DNA of 64,000 nucleotides from Thalia democratica. Its lineage: Eukaryota. Positions 24,601-39,600 of this stretch are shown here, piece after piece (position 1 is the stretch's first letter; every line of letters begins with the position of its first letter). A model generated the notes under the pieces. It was not told the DNA's origin. It worked only from the letters and a program-made list of their open reading frames with translations, and ran no database searches. Both the position numbers and the translations under genes were made by a program. The stretch covers positions 31,434,001-31,498,000 of the forward strand of contig OZ241833.1 in NCBI GenBank assembly GCA_965202585.1, given 5' to 3'.

Positions 24601-27600
24601 TTAAGGTTTGAACAAAACGTAGTTTTTAAAGAACTTTTTTTTGTAAACAATCACTTAAAGTCGTTTTTGATATATTAATAGACTACTAGAAATAAATTAA
24701 CTTTATTAAGTTTTTTGATAGAAATCATACAACTAGTTTGTCAACTTTCTTGTTTTTTTTAAATTTAATTGAATTAAAAAAATTAAGTTTTTTGAGAAAG
24801 TTGAACAAAACACTACCTCTCAAAAAAATTTATTTTGTTTCTAAAAAACATTATGTCTAGTGTAATTGGTTACTAAAAGTTTTCATTTAAGTTACTAAAA
24901 TTTTCTACACACCTTGAACATCAAGCAATCAATCAAAGCTACAGAAGAAAGGCATCAAAAGCACATTTGTGAATGCTAGGCTGTTTCGACCTGCGTAATG
25001 CTTTATTTTTAAACGCACTGAAAGTAGTCAGAACAATAAGTTCAAAAAACACGTGAGCGTGCTAAAAAGTAACTTAAAAGTGGCTGACTGACTTTTGCCA
25101 ACTCGATATCTAGTATATTTTTACTAGTTCAGCTACTCTTACTCCTAACAATGTTTATTGGAAACGCAAACGCCGAACAATAGTGATTATTACATCACAG
25201 AGCAGGGAAATAGTAACTATTACGTCATAATGTAGTGACTGTGTGATGCAACAAACCGCAAGCGGAGTATCTGACTAGTTTGATTTTCTTTCCACTTTCG
25301 CAGGAACGTTTCTCCAGTTCGCACTTGTTCCTGTAGCTGGTTCCGTCCGAACCGCAGACCACGGCCGTGTGATCCCCGCAGCTTCCACATGATGACGGTG
25401 CAGAACCTAAGCGGTACAATTTGAATTAGTTTTTTGTATTAAAACTGTACAACACTAGGGGTTTTATGTTAACTATTATCTTTAAAGAAATGAAAGGTTT
25501 ATGTGTACGGTTAAAGTTTAGATGTAGTAATTTTGTAAAGTCTGCTTACTTTGTAAAACGACTAGTTAACCAAAAACTATATTTTGAGGTATTTTTATTT
25601 AATTTCGTGTATAAAAACAATAATTTTGATTATACTAATGTATCAACTGTTTAATGTAATAAAACTTTTGTGTTAATTACTTTTTCTTTTTAGAATTTAC
25701 TTTTGATAGCGTTTTGTAAAAATAATTTATACACAAAGTGATTTAAGTTTGTACAATAAACTGTACACTGAAAAGGCTTACAAATTAATATGGAATAAAT
25801 TCTAATAAGTAAAAAAAACTAGAACTTGTCGACAAAAAAATTAATAAGAAAATTAGTCCTAAAAAATTGATGTTAAAGTTAATATTCGAACAAACCCTGC
25901 ATTCTTAGAAAAAAGCTACACTATATTTTTGTCAATTTAAATTTTTCAAAACTACATTTATTCGTTTCAGAACTTAACATTAACATCCTTTTATCTTATA
26001 TTACGAAATAAAAAAGTTCCCTATAAAATTTTTTTTTTAGATATTTTAGTATTCACCAATTTATATTTCTAAAAAAGTTAGAAACCTACCCTGTAAAATA
26101 TTTTTTCCAGATATTTAAAGCTGTAGTATTTACCAGTAAAAAGTGAGATATTAATAGCTAATTAGCCTAATTAAAGCAGCAGTTTGATTTGAAAGCAACC
26201 TCAGTGGTTAATTCGAAACTTAATGCGTACGAAAGGTTAAGACAAGCTATAAAGCTTCCCCTAATTAATTAAAATCCAGTTTTAATCTGTCACCGCACGC
26301 TGATTGTGACGTCATAGCTATGTGCAGCAGGTAGTTTTTATTTGAAGCGAATCTCATCATAGTTGCTTGAACTTGCGCAATGCTTTTACATGTAGCATTT
26401 ATTTTTTGTAAAGAATTTGTTACTTAGTTTATATTAACTGGAACATAACTAAAGATATATTTACAACTAGAATATTGGACGATAGATAATTCAACTATAA
26501 TATAATATTTTTTTACCAAAATAGCTGATTTAGCATATACATAAATGTGGAATTCTATCATTTTATTTAAATAAACTTATTGTGTTATGAAACCAAACCA
26601 TAACATTTCAAATCGTCTTATTTAGCAGCTAATAGTCATCACTTTACATAAATTTTTGTTTCTTTTTTTTTAATTTGTAAACAAACTTGTGGTCGTTGTG
26701 GCTGCTGTTGTAGTCGAGATCCTCGATGACGTAATAATGGTGGACAAAAGCGGGTAAGTGGACGATTCTCCTAAAAGTGAACGTAAGTTGAGAAAATTAA
26801 TATATAAACATTTATAAAAATTAACGTGTATTATCTACTTGCACATTATTAGTAGCTTTAAGTATTGCAGGACAAGTTGTATAAAATCATGAATCTCAAT
26901 ATTTATGTTTTTTAGTTTTTTAGCTAATTAAAAAGTATAAAAAATATAATCAAAAAAACCAACTGCAAAATTTTTCGTCGACAATTTTAATTTTCTTCTG
27001 CATTTCGCACTGCGCCGCTTTCAGATGGCATTCCGATTCATACGTCACACCGTCGCTGCCGCACAACTGTGACGTCACAACGCAGTCGGTTGCGAGGGGG
27101 CATAAGCAGTCGGGAATTCCACCGGTTACCTGGCAACGAGCCCCGTAGCCGCACAGTACATCCAAACAGGGGTCTGGAGAATTATAAAAATGAATGTTTT
27201 AAGTCTGGTTTGTGAATACTTCTGAATATGATGTATTAATGTTAAAAAATGAATGGCAGCAAAGTGCAAGTTGTTTGTTTTTTAATACATATACTTCAGT
27301 CATAATTATAATCTTTAGTAAAAGATAGTAGATTTATAATATAGTAAACTGCAAAATCAAAGGCTAGAGTTCTATATTTGTGCTATATAAATTAAATACA
27401 TTACTATAGTATATATGAAGTCTGTTTGAGTTTTTTTTAAACTTAATATACAAATTTTTCCTGAAAATAAGTTCTATTAACAATATTTTATAAAACAAAT
27501 GCTTATGTTTTAACACAACAAAAAAAATTGTTAGCATAAATAAAATTATACTTTTAGTATTATACCGTAATATTCACTTAAACTCACCATATGGCTTGGC

Positions 27601-30600
27601 AGGACGATCCGGAACAACTTTTCCTGTAAAAAATAAAATTAAATTAGAAAAATTGTTTTCAACCCAATCAATTATCAACTTATACAAACGCTTGTCGGAT
27701 CGGATTTACCTTCGCTTAACCCGTTAACACCAAACAAGCCAGAATAAAACTAATGCCGTCTCTTAATCCGTGAAAACTCGGATTACCATTTAAAAAGTGC
27801 GTCACACGGAAAACGGCGGAGCTTGAACGTAAACATTTTATAGCATTCAGAAAGGTTTTCATTGGCTGAAGTTTCCGCCGTAAGACGCTTGCATGTAAAC
27901 ATGAACCGGCGAATTTCTAACATCCGCCCAGCTGGCTTCGAAACTATTTCGATACAAATAAGTTAATCTCACCCAAAGGGTCGGTAAATAACAGAAATAC
28001 GAAAATGACTTGAAAAACTGCCTAAGCAGTTTTGGAGGCGCACCAAGTTTTAAAGTAATTTTTTGTTTGAAACTAAAATGGACACAGTGTGTCTGATGTC
28101 TTTTGATATGTCATAATAGGGTCGTGCTTCCGACTTTTTAACTTTCAAAAATCAAAGAAAAAACAAGTCTCTGTTTTTCATGTAAAATGACTGATGCAGT
28201 TATAAGCCTTATTTTCCCAACAACTTTTACTAGTATGTTAACTAATAAATCATAATCAACTTATGATACGTTGCAATTCAATTAAAGTATAAAATTGCTA
28301 TTGATAAAAAGTTTTGTAATCAATAAAAGCCATTAGCGGGCTCATAAAAAAGATAAAATGTCAATGAAAACTACTTTAAGCGATATTAGTTTTTGTTCAC
28401 GTACCTTCTGAAATTCTTACTACGTAAAGTTGTTTGCTTTAAGTGTTCCAACTAAAGTTTTGAAAAATTCTAATTAAAATTTGTTTACTAAAACTTAATC
28501 AATCAAAAAATAAATAAATCGACAATATGCTAATTTGTTTCTTTTTTCTAATACTTTTAAAATGTTTGTAGTTGTATTTAACTTAACAAATTTACAAACA
28601 AACAAAAGCTTTAATTTGTTTTATTTCGTTCACTTGATCAAACTATAGTATAGGACAATTATAAAGAACCTTAGAAAGTTTTAAATATTACAACTTCTAA
28701 CTAAAGAATAACAAAATTGTATAGTTATTTATAAATGCGGCTTTTTTTATCAACTTTTGAGTTTAATATTAAGTCATAAATTTGAAGAGCAAGTTAAAAA
28801 GCGTAAATTTTTTCTAAACTATCTAGATAAATCTTAGTAGTAATACAAAATTGATTCCTTATAAAACACCCATTATGTTGCGTGATAAAACTTTTCTTTT
28901 CAAAAAATTATTTTTTTACAATTGATAACAAGTTTTTGTGTTTCATTCGAACATCAACAGCCAATTATGATGAATCCAAAACAGAACTTTCAAACCTTTA
29001 TCTAATCACACTTCGCGAAAAAAAAAGTTAGACTTCCGTTTTCGAAATTAAACTTTCTCAACAAAAAAAAGTCGAAATCTGCTTTGTTTGATAACAATCG
29101 AAGAGTGCAGACGCGACAAAAGGGCAGGGGGTGAAATGAAAAGGAGAGAAATAAAAAACCAGCCCAACAGTTTGGCGTGTTGACTCAGAAGAAATGACAA
29201 AAACGTTTCGATTGTCAATTTTCTGAAGATTGTTTTTGTCTGGCGCTTGAAAAGTTTCTTTAAATTGAGAAAACTCAGTTAGTAGTGTTGTTGAAAAAAA
29301 CTTAAGTTATATGTTTTTAGCAGAAAATATAAAAAGAAAATACATTAATAAGACTTTTTTAATAGTATGATTTATTACTATTTGCTCGTGACTGTAAACT
29401 GGTTAAAAAAATTGAGATAAATATAAGAGAAAAAATAAAAAAATTTTTTTTTTTGCTTAAAGTTTACATCGACTTACTCAAATTTATATATTCGAATATT
29501 CACAAAAACACTGTTTATAATGTTTTGAAAAAAAAACTCTTTTTGAACTTCTAGGCTGAAGCCAAACAAAAAAATGTTTTTCATTTGGCAAACAGTTGTT
29601 ATTTACATAAGGGAAATAAGTTTTATGCTGTGTGAATGTTTCAGCTCTACTTGGGATAATAACAAGATAGACGTTTATGAAAAATTCAAAAGCTTCATTT
29701 CACACCATCAGTTGCATTTGACAACTTTTACAAGAGTGCTACTTCTTAAACCTTTATTGAAACCAATTATCAATTAACTTGTTCAAATTAAAATTCTTTA
29801 TTTGTTTAAATTTTAAAATCAATTTACCCTTCAAAACGCAATAAATCAACATGCTTACAACAAACACTAGCTTCAATGTGTAATTATGTTTTTACCAACA
29901 ACATTCACCCAACTGTGCTCAGAAGAGGTAACGAATTAACGTTGTGCAATCGCAACACTTGTTCGAACTTGTAAGATCAAACAAAAGCGTAGAAATTTTA
30001 TCTTTAAAACATGAATTTCGTCTTGTTGTTACACAAAAAAAACAGTTTGATCATGAGTTGTTTTGGTTGTGTTTTATGTACAGCTTTTTGAAATAAACAA
30101 AATTATTCATAATTAAGTTTAATAATCAACTCAACTTATTTTATGGAAATTTTTCTGATATTACTAATGATTAAATAAACGCTGTTTTTTTTTTCTTTTT
30201 GAAATATTATAAGTACATTTAGACAGTACTACAATGCACTTAAAAAAGTCAACTACAATGTAATGCATACACTTGTGTATTAACTTACCAACTGTTATTT
30301 GCTTTTTTTACAAGAAAAACTACTTAAAAAAGTTAATACTGAAATTAGGGATTAAAATTTAATCGGATTATAAGGCGAGACAAGAGTCTGGGAAAACATC
30401 TAATTTTAAGCAATTCACTTAAAGTATGTTTCATGAATTTCTGTGCTTAAGTTAACAGCATGAAAGTTAAGTTTAGTTTTAAAAGAATATTTTTTACTTG
30501 CTGTATTTTATTTAAAAACGAAATACTGATATATTTACTAAATTTAATATATATATTTTTAAATTTTATTCATAAATCTCTAAAATTTAAAAGAAAAAAA

Positions 30601-33600
30601 CGTAAAAACATCAAAAAATATTTAACTTGATTTTAGAAATTAAGTGAACTAGATGTTTTTGAAATCATGCAAAAAAACCTACTTTAACAACAAGTGTACT
30701 TGCTCAAATAAACAGTGTAAATAAACAAGGTTCTACATCAACGCATTTTATTTGGCAGAAAACAAGTTTGAACAAACCGTTTGAAACGACAAACAAATAT
30801 TTGGATCTAAGATAAAAAAAAAGTTCAGCTAGTACAAATAAAAGGACAACCATGCAAGACAAGTGGTTTTAATAAAAAGTTAAATAAACTAAACATTTTT
30901 AGCGTTTGTTCAAAAAAAACGTATATCTTTTGTGAAAGTAGATACTAAGAAAGACAAATTACTTTTAATTCTATCTACTCAAAATGTGTTTCATTTGTTT
31001 TTTAATATTGTATAGGTAAGTAAAGTGAGTTACTTAAATAAACCTAGTAGCTAATTGAAAAAATACATATCTAACTTATGATTAGCAATGTAACATTATT
31101 TTTTTTTAATAAATTTGTTTATTTGAAACTAAATTCATCAAGTTTTTACTTATAACATCTTATCAACAACATACACAAGCTAAAGTAAGTAGATTAAACT
31201 ATTACAATTAAGCTAATGACCAACTTCTAATAAGCCTAGTAAATAGTTTTTATAAAATAAAGAGAAGAAAAAAAGTAACGTTAAACCTAAACTCTGTTTT
31301 AATCATAACTTAAGCAAAAAAATCACCAAGTTTGCAAACGGCACAAAATTGTTTATGCAGACAAATCAAAAGATTAAGAAGTTCGAAATCGGAAGAAACT
31401 TGACGTCTTTGAAATCGAGTTTCCGTTCCGAGAAATGAGAAGAAAAATTCGCAAATCTATTTGATTTGATGTTCGATTTGCATGCGCGAGAAAGGCTGTT
31501 TGAAACACGTGAGAGGTCGCAGAGGTCAGCGACTTTTAATCGGAAGCAACTTGAGCGCGCTGACATTCAAAAGCGATTGCGAAGCTCCAAGTACTTCAGC
31601 ATACATCGTTGTATGTCGTGTTGTAGTTAATTTTTGCAAGGGTTTTTTTCTAACTGTGATTGAGCGCTTGATGAAACTTTTTTTTTGTGTTGAGTTTACA
31701 CTTTTAATTAATGTACTTAATGGTAAAGTCCGAACATTTGCATACTGCATTGCTGTATAGCTCAGATGTAAAGCTATTTTATCTAAGTTTGAAATATATC
31801 CTAATAACTGATACCTAATTTTTATTCATTTTTTAAATAAAGTAACTGCTGTAGTACATATGTTAGTATTTTTTGATGTTTACACCCAAGTTCTTACTAC
31901 CTGCATACTGACTTCTTTGCCTGTGCAGTAATAAATCTGTAAAAACTTATCAAGCAAACCGTTACGCAACTGTTTTCTGTTCAACCCAATTTAAAATGAT
32001 TCGGCGAATGTCGCAGCAAATGGTAATGTGTTTACCCAAATAGGTGTGGTTTACGTGCGAAATTTCAACAAGCAACCTTGTTAGAAAGAAGAATAAAACC
32101 GTGTATTAAACATTCGCTCGATGTTTGTTTAACATTTTCGCCTACTGTTGTTTATGTAAGATTTTATGAAATTTCTATTTTTTTAATTATGTGATTTTTT
32201 AATGTTTATAGTAAGCTGGTAGTGAAGTTATTAAATTTCTCTTGTTTAGAAATAAAATAAGTTTAAAAAACAAAAGAAATATGTTGATACAGACAAAATA
32301 AATAGATAAACTTTGACAAGTTACAAATAAGAATTTTGTAGATGACCTTTTCTCTTGACAGATTGATTAGCAAAACAAATGATTGTGATATTAAGATAAG
32401 TTGTTTGAATACAAACAAAAACAATAATGACAGTTGATTTAAACAAAATTGCGTTATGAATACAAAATATTCAATACAAACAGAAATTTCCTATTTTTGT
32501 TTTGTAAGTATTTTTGTTCATTTTTTTTTCTTGCATTTATAAATTTAGAAACTGAAAATTTCTAGAAAACTTAAATACATGGCCTTTAAAATTATCTTAT
32601 GTTTTATTTATCCAAAAAAGTCAGTTTTTATTTTTTAAATTTAAACCAGCATCTTATGATACTTGGAGTACTTTATCTTCACTATCAACATGTATACATG
32701 CATGTTTTCTATTAACTTGTCTGATGTTTTTCTACACAAACAATTAAGCACCAACACCTACTACCGCCATCGCAGCAAGACTTTTTAAAACATTTTAACT
32801 TTCAGTTCACAGAGACACTTTGAAGTCTGCAGACAAAATGACACATTTCATCGTGAATTTAAGCCTTTCTCCACGATGCGAAAGTGGGAACACCCAACTT
32901 TGACTTCCGTTTCGCATGGAAGCGGAAACGGCGTTGTCACGGCAACTGCGCATTTTGACACCCATTGTAACTTCGTCTGGGAAAAGTGCAGCGGAAAACA
33001 AAAGAAGGCTTGGTGACGTCATAATAAAAAATAAGTCTCGAGTTTTCTGTTGACGGCGCAAACGTTTTGGAAAGACCTCGAGTGTGACGTAATGATAACT
33101 TTGAGATGTGACGTCATAAAAGGCTGAGTGTCGTTGCAGACATTAATGTAAACTGTAAGGTTATTTTTATCACTTTTTGTTAAATTTTACTCAAATGTGC
33201 ATCATAAACTATGGAAATGATACACGAAATATTAAAATTAAGGTTATTATTTGCTTTTAATAAGTAAAAGATGATTTACATACAACTTTAATTTCTGTCT
33301 CGTCTCATAAAAAACCAGTGAGAAACAAAACTCGAAAAGGTTAACTGGTTATAAAAAGTAACAAATCATTTTTCAACAACGAATTTTTTTACGACTTATA
33401 ATAAATTGCAGTTATTAATTTTTATCTCTGAGCACAGTAGGTGGTCTCAAATCAATTATATACTAAATCTTGCAACCTTGAACATTTAAAAAACACATTT
33501 TTCTAACTTTTTATATTTCTAGAAGTTTTCTGAAAAACATCAAAATAATTAAATTTCACTTTAATAGTTTTTTATTAGTATTTAAAACATTTTGTTTAGC

Positions 33601-36600
33601 TAAATGAGAAAAAAATGTATATATTGCATTTTTTGTAATGGTAAAAACTTAAAAAGTTTTCAAGTATATATGTTATTTTATACTTTAAAACATAAAGCCT
33701 AAAGCTAACATAAACATTTATAAAACATAAAAAAATATTACTATTCAATACATAAGAAAGTTTGTAAAACACAAGGCTTATTTGCTCATATGAAGATAAA
33801 GATAAAACGTATATTTTTTCTTGTAAAACTCAAGTTAAACTTTTAACAAACAAAAATGACAAGTAAGAACAAACATTTACTTTGAAAACTAAAAGGTATG
33901 ACAAGATAGAAGTTATAATAAAAGTTTGCAAATTTTGTTCTTGTTTAAATACAGCTGGTATATTCTCTCTTTATTGTCTTAACCTATTTTAAACTACTAA
34001 AGTTATGTTGTTATATCTATTATAGTCTTTAAAAGACTATATAATTTTTGAATTTAATTTAAGCCACTCATCAAAGCGCTTTCAACACACAGCAATCAAA
34101 GCTAATCCACTTGTTTGTCATTTAAAATTTTCAGGATTTATTTCGAATTCAGTAGCGACAATTCTTAATCAAGCATTAAGCTTTCCCACGTTAGAATAAG
34201 AGAAATTAATTCACCGTAAAATTTCTCTCATAAAGGTCATGCCATAAAATGAATTCAAATGCATGTGAAATGCGCTATTAATAAAGTTGTGTTGCTTTAT
34301 ACATTTACTCCTAAATTAAATTAGAGCGATTAGTCCAAGGTGTGTAGTCTTTAACTTAAAAAAACAGTTGAGAAAAAACAACAAACACGCTTGGGAGAGT
34401 TTATTGCACCTTAGTGTAACACAAACTTAAAAGACAAAGATACAATGTTTTACAATCATACTCTTTTTGTTTGAACTCAAATTTTGTTTTTGTCTTCCAT
34501 CACACAAAAGCGTTTTCAATGAGTTTTCTTAATTAAAACACCAAACTTCAAAGGACACATTCAGCCTGAGCGCCTTGTGAAATATTAACGCGTGTTGTGG
34601 GAACACGCTGCAATTTACACTGCAAATTGCCACAATTTTCCAATAAAGCGGCGAGAATCGTGCGATTTCGATTTTAATAAAAAGTTTAGCGTCACCGTGA
34701 TCTTTTAATGCAAATCGTTTCTGACAGTTTGCAAGCAAAAAGGTGTGAACAAGAACAAAAAGCTCGTTTTTCAATTACTTACGCGAAAACTTTCAGCGAT
34801 AGTGATTCTAGATCGGTATCTCATGTTTTCAGAGTTTTTCATTAAACGTTTCTGCGTATGTTATGTCTTAATATTCACTGTTTGTTTTTGTTTTGAAAAA
34901 CAACCACTAATTAGTGAACTGTATTCATGATTAAAACACAGATAAACAGTTTACATTAAACAAAGCTTACAAGGGTCATACAAGCATTTGTTTTTATTAA
35001 AAAGTTCATTTTGGTGCACTGCAGCTTTCGAGCAGCCTGAAAATCAAACCCAGATGAAACAAATTGAAGATTAATCATAATTAAGTTGACGGTGCGACAT
35101 AACAAAGTTGAAAATAAACAGAAACGCGAAAGTGTGACAAAATTTTGTTGGTAATCCATCGCCTTGAAAAAAGACCACACCGTTTGTTTTAACAGATTAA
35201 AAAAACAGTCTGATTGGGTAATTTTTATAAAAGTTAAAAAGGTTGAGCTGTTTTAAAGTCGCACCTGGTATGAGATTCCGCGTAAAGTTTTTTTCTAATT
35301 TGCTGTCATTTATTTTACACCATTAGAGTTGAAAGTTTTTAACGACTTCTGAATTGCGCTTTTTCATGTTGTCTGAATACTTTCACGAACTTGATTTTGA
35401 GACTGGAAACAGACGTTTTTTTTTATTGGTTTTTGCCTAAAAACAGACTTACACAGACATTGTTTTAAACTGTTACTTTAATTAGTTTTATTGATCTATG
35501 TTGTTTTCAATTGTTTTAATGGCTGAACGCATTTTTTTTGTTTTATTAGCGGTTTGAAACAACTATAAAAACGAAAATTATCTCATTTACAAAGCGATCA
35601 ATAACATCGAAGTCAACCGTTATTTTTGTTACTTGTTAATTATAATTTACTGCAACAGTTGTTAAATTTATTGCTTGTCTAAAACGAGTTTCGTTAATAA
35701 AATTTACAAGTAAAACGACAAGCTCATTCAACTAAGGTGAGATTTTTAATGTAATTTTCATGTGTCTCATAAATTTACGCAATTAAAACAGCACACCTTC
35801 TTATACCTACTGAAAAAGATGCACAGATTTTGCAAAACAGGCGTAAAACGATTTGTTTTGTTCACTAATGCAAAGCAAAACAAGAAATCGATTATTAAAT
35901 TTAATGCAGCAGAAAAAACAACTTTTTTAACAAAAAAGAAATTTCACGCCAATGATAATTAGCACAACACGCCTAAAAAGCACAAAAACAAATATTTCTG
36001 ACCTAATTATTTTCACGCTGAAAGAATCTTCAGAAACTAAAAAACTGCTAATTAACAAAACACTCCCGTCCCAACCAATTAAAAAGTCAGAAAAGTGGCT
36101 CAAACTTTTGTTAGGCCTTTGTAATTATTCGATACTCTGACCGTGTCTTGGTCGCCTTCCAACAGAATCGTGATCAAAGCGGGCGACTCAGACGGTAATT
36201 AATTTGCTTTGTTTCATTCATGCTTGTTTTGATTGGAGTCAATTTGTCTTGCTTACGTTTGCTGAAGTACAACGTTTTAACATGAAATTTGTTATTTTTT
36301 GTTCACAAAAAGTAATGTTTTTTTAAACATTAAATCTACCTATTAGTGCTCTTTACGTTGTTTTTTTTTATCTACTACTGTCAAAACTTTTTTAGGTATC
36401 TAGTTGCTACATTTGACAGTATTTTTTTCCAACTCTCGCTTCAAACGCGCCTTCAGTGCATATTTTGAACTCGAGTTTTCACAACAGAACACTTCACAGA
36501 CTGCTTTCACAAAGCGGAAGAAAAGAAACGCTTTTGTTTGGGTGGAGTCGGCAAAAGTTTAATGAAAGGTTGAAGAGTGCAAATTAAAAAGGAAAGTTTC

Positions 36601-39600
36601 AAGTGATCGCTCGAAAGGTGAAAAAAAGTAGTAAAAAGCATTTTGAGTTTTTGTTTAGTTTTTTAATGGTTTTTTTTTTTCATCAAAAGTTATTACCAAC
36701 ATGTAGCAATAAGTATTTTTTGCCTTTTTTAATAATTTTTTCTAAATATGTACTTATAGTTTTACAATATAATGCTTCAAATAAACTACGTACGGTGCCT
36801 AAACTTTATAGGTTTTCAACAAAAAGTAATTTTTTTGTTTGAAGTGTTTTCAAAACTGAAATAAGACAACTGCCGACGAAAAGATGCAAACAAAATATTG
36901 GATCCTGTTTGACCTTTTATTAGGAAATTAATTTAATTTCGCGTGTAATGTTATTACGAACACGCCTCGACACGGCAGCGTCTGAAGACGACTTTGTTTA
37001 TTTCAAACTGAAGCTCAGACAAAAAGTTGTGCCGAACAGGTGTTTTTTTTTTGCGAGCCCACGAGTGTCATCGTGAACACAAAAAACATTTAGTATTGTG
37101 CACTGAACAGCTTTTTGTAAACTTTTCTTTGAAAATGCTCAGTATATCATACCACGTGACTTACAAAAACAGCTTTATTATTTTTTCTAAAGAAAAAACT
37201 GCTGACAAACAGGCTAATTACTTTCGGCGAATTGAGCCAAAAAATTAGTGTTGTTTTGGATTTGGACTTGGAAAGGTAATTATATAACGATTAGCGGCAG
37301 CTCTGAGGTTAATTGTCAATTTAGATTAGACAGTTAAGAAAATATTTCGCTACTGTTTTGTGCACTGGTAAAAAAATGTAATCGTAGGAAAATTTTAAGA
37401 TTTTTATACTTGTATTTTTTTATAATTATACGACACAAAAAGGTTTAGTTTGTCAGAATTATATTTATCAGTTCATTTTATCTCAAGACAAACACAATTT
37501 GAGAAAGTTCATACAGTTTTATAGCTTGTAAAATGATTACGAAAAAACATCTACTAAGTAAACAAAAATTAATATTCTTTAAGGTTTACTTTTTAAGTAT
37601 TAACTAATTACAATACATAGTTAAAAAGTTTTTAAAGATTAAAACAAAAGTTTTTGAAGATTTTTTTTGTTTTGCAACCAGTTGTAATAATATTAGAGTT
37701 AACTGAAAATAAATCAGGTTATTCATTATACCTCGGAAATAATTAATTGAATAATTTACAATTTGGAACTTAATGAAAGACTAGAGTTTTCAATTTAGAG
37801 ATTACATTTTCATATGGCTTTTAGATAAACACCAGTTGTAGTTTCAAAGTACGCACTTTTGAATATTTTAAAGCTCTTTGTAGTTTTTAGCAGAAACCAA
37901 ACACTTAAAAAAGAAACTTTATTTTCAAAACGTTTAAAAGTTACACTTTCATAGTCTGTATCTAGTTTTATTTAAAGCAAAGTATTTAAAAAAGGTAAAC
38001 TGATTTAAAGAAAACTAAAACGTTGCATCAAAACAGCTTAATGTTATCTAAACACGGTATTCTAACCATAAAGTTTTCTAAAAATATTTAATTAGCCTAA
38101 CTTTTACACGATTAATTACAAAACCTTTATCAAAGGGTGCGTAGGAAGCAGGTTGTCTTTTCGTATGAAACATTGCAGCAAAGTGGTATTTACACATCAC
38201 TAATGTGACATTCTGAACAAAGCGCACTCGAGTATTAAACAAGCACTCCACTTGCAATTGTTTGCTATTTGCCACGAAGGATAAATAATATTAAAATTTG
38301 GTATTTTAAAAAGAACGTAAGTTGCAAATAAATGTCATAAGCATGTTAAAAGCGAGCATAATCTTCTTAAAACTGTTTCGTTTGTAAGAAAAACTATCAG
38401 TTGTTACTAGCAATGTTAAACTGAAGAAAAAAATAACAGTTGGTAAATAAAAATTAGTGGTAATTTCACTAAATTTTCACAATGTGTTTTGCAATATTTC
38501 TGCTTAAAAGATGCAGCAAGAAAGTAGATAGATATCCATTTTAGCGGGCCAAAAATTTTCAAAGAAAACTTAGTAGGAAATGTATTGAAAATTGAACACG
38601 AAATTTGCAAGGAGATTAGATTTTGTTTTGTAGCGGCGGCAAATTAGCTTTGAAGTTGAAAGGTTCTTCCCCCCGTACAAGAAACCTCAAATTGGTAACA
38701 AGAGACAAATGGACAGGAAAATTTTTGAATTTATATTCTTCATTAACTAAATTTTTGTTTATGTCTAGAACATTACTTCCAAGTATTTTGTAATATCAAT
38801 TACAAGGTTTTTGTAAGTCCTTAAAAAAATTGCAAAAACATTTAAACTTCTTTTCTGGTGGATAGAATTTGATATCTAATTAAAAAAAGTTTCTTTTTCC
38901 TTGTAATAAAGACTCGTTTCTATGATTTAAAGTTATTTTATGCAACTTGTCTGTTCATGTTAACTTAAGTTTGTAAAACCAAAAAGAATAACTTTTGAAA
39001 TAGAATAAAATATTAAAATATATATTTTTAGTGGGAGTTTTTCACTCCATTTTTTGAATCATCCACATTTCAAACAGCTACAAAACCCCGTACAAAAGTT
39101 CTTAAGCCATAAAATTGCGCACAAGTCGAAGGTGGTTGTTATATCACAACGAAAACACTTTTCTTGCCATTATTGCGTCACAATGCCAGTAGTAAGAAGG
39201 CGTGCCGCTCGCAGAAACACATCAAATGTCGCTTGAAAGGAATTCTTTTGAAATGTCAAAAATAAACTGTTCTCTTGCGCACCAGTTTTAGTATCCTTGT
39301 TTACTTGGTGCAGTTATATTTGTAAAAATGTTTTTTAACTGCCTTATAAACAAATTGTTAGTTCAACAGTGTGCCTCTTTAAGTTTGCATCAAAAACTTT
39401 ATCAATCAAATTCAAAGTTACCACAGTTCAACAGGAAGTAAATTATTTTAGCTTGGACACAGTATCTGAAATTTAAAGTTACAAGCAATTATACACTGCA
39501 GTTTGTAAACATGCACACTCGCACAAACTAAATGTTATCTCAGCGCTGATTGCGGCGAAAATGCGAGCAGTTCCCAGGCGGGTTTGAAAATCAATTAGCA

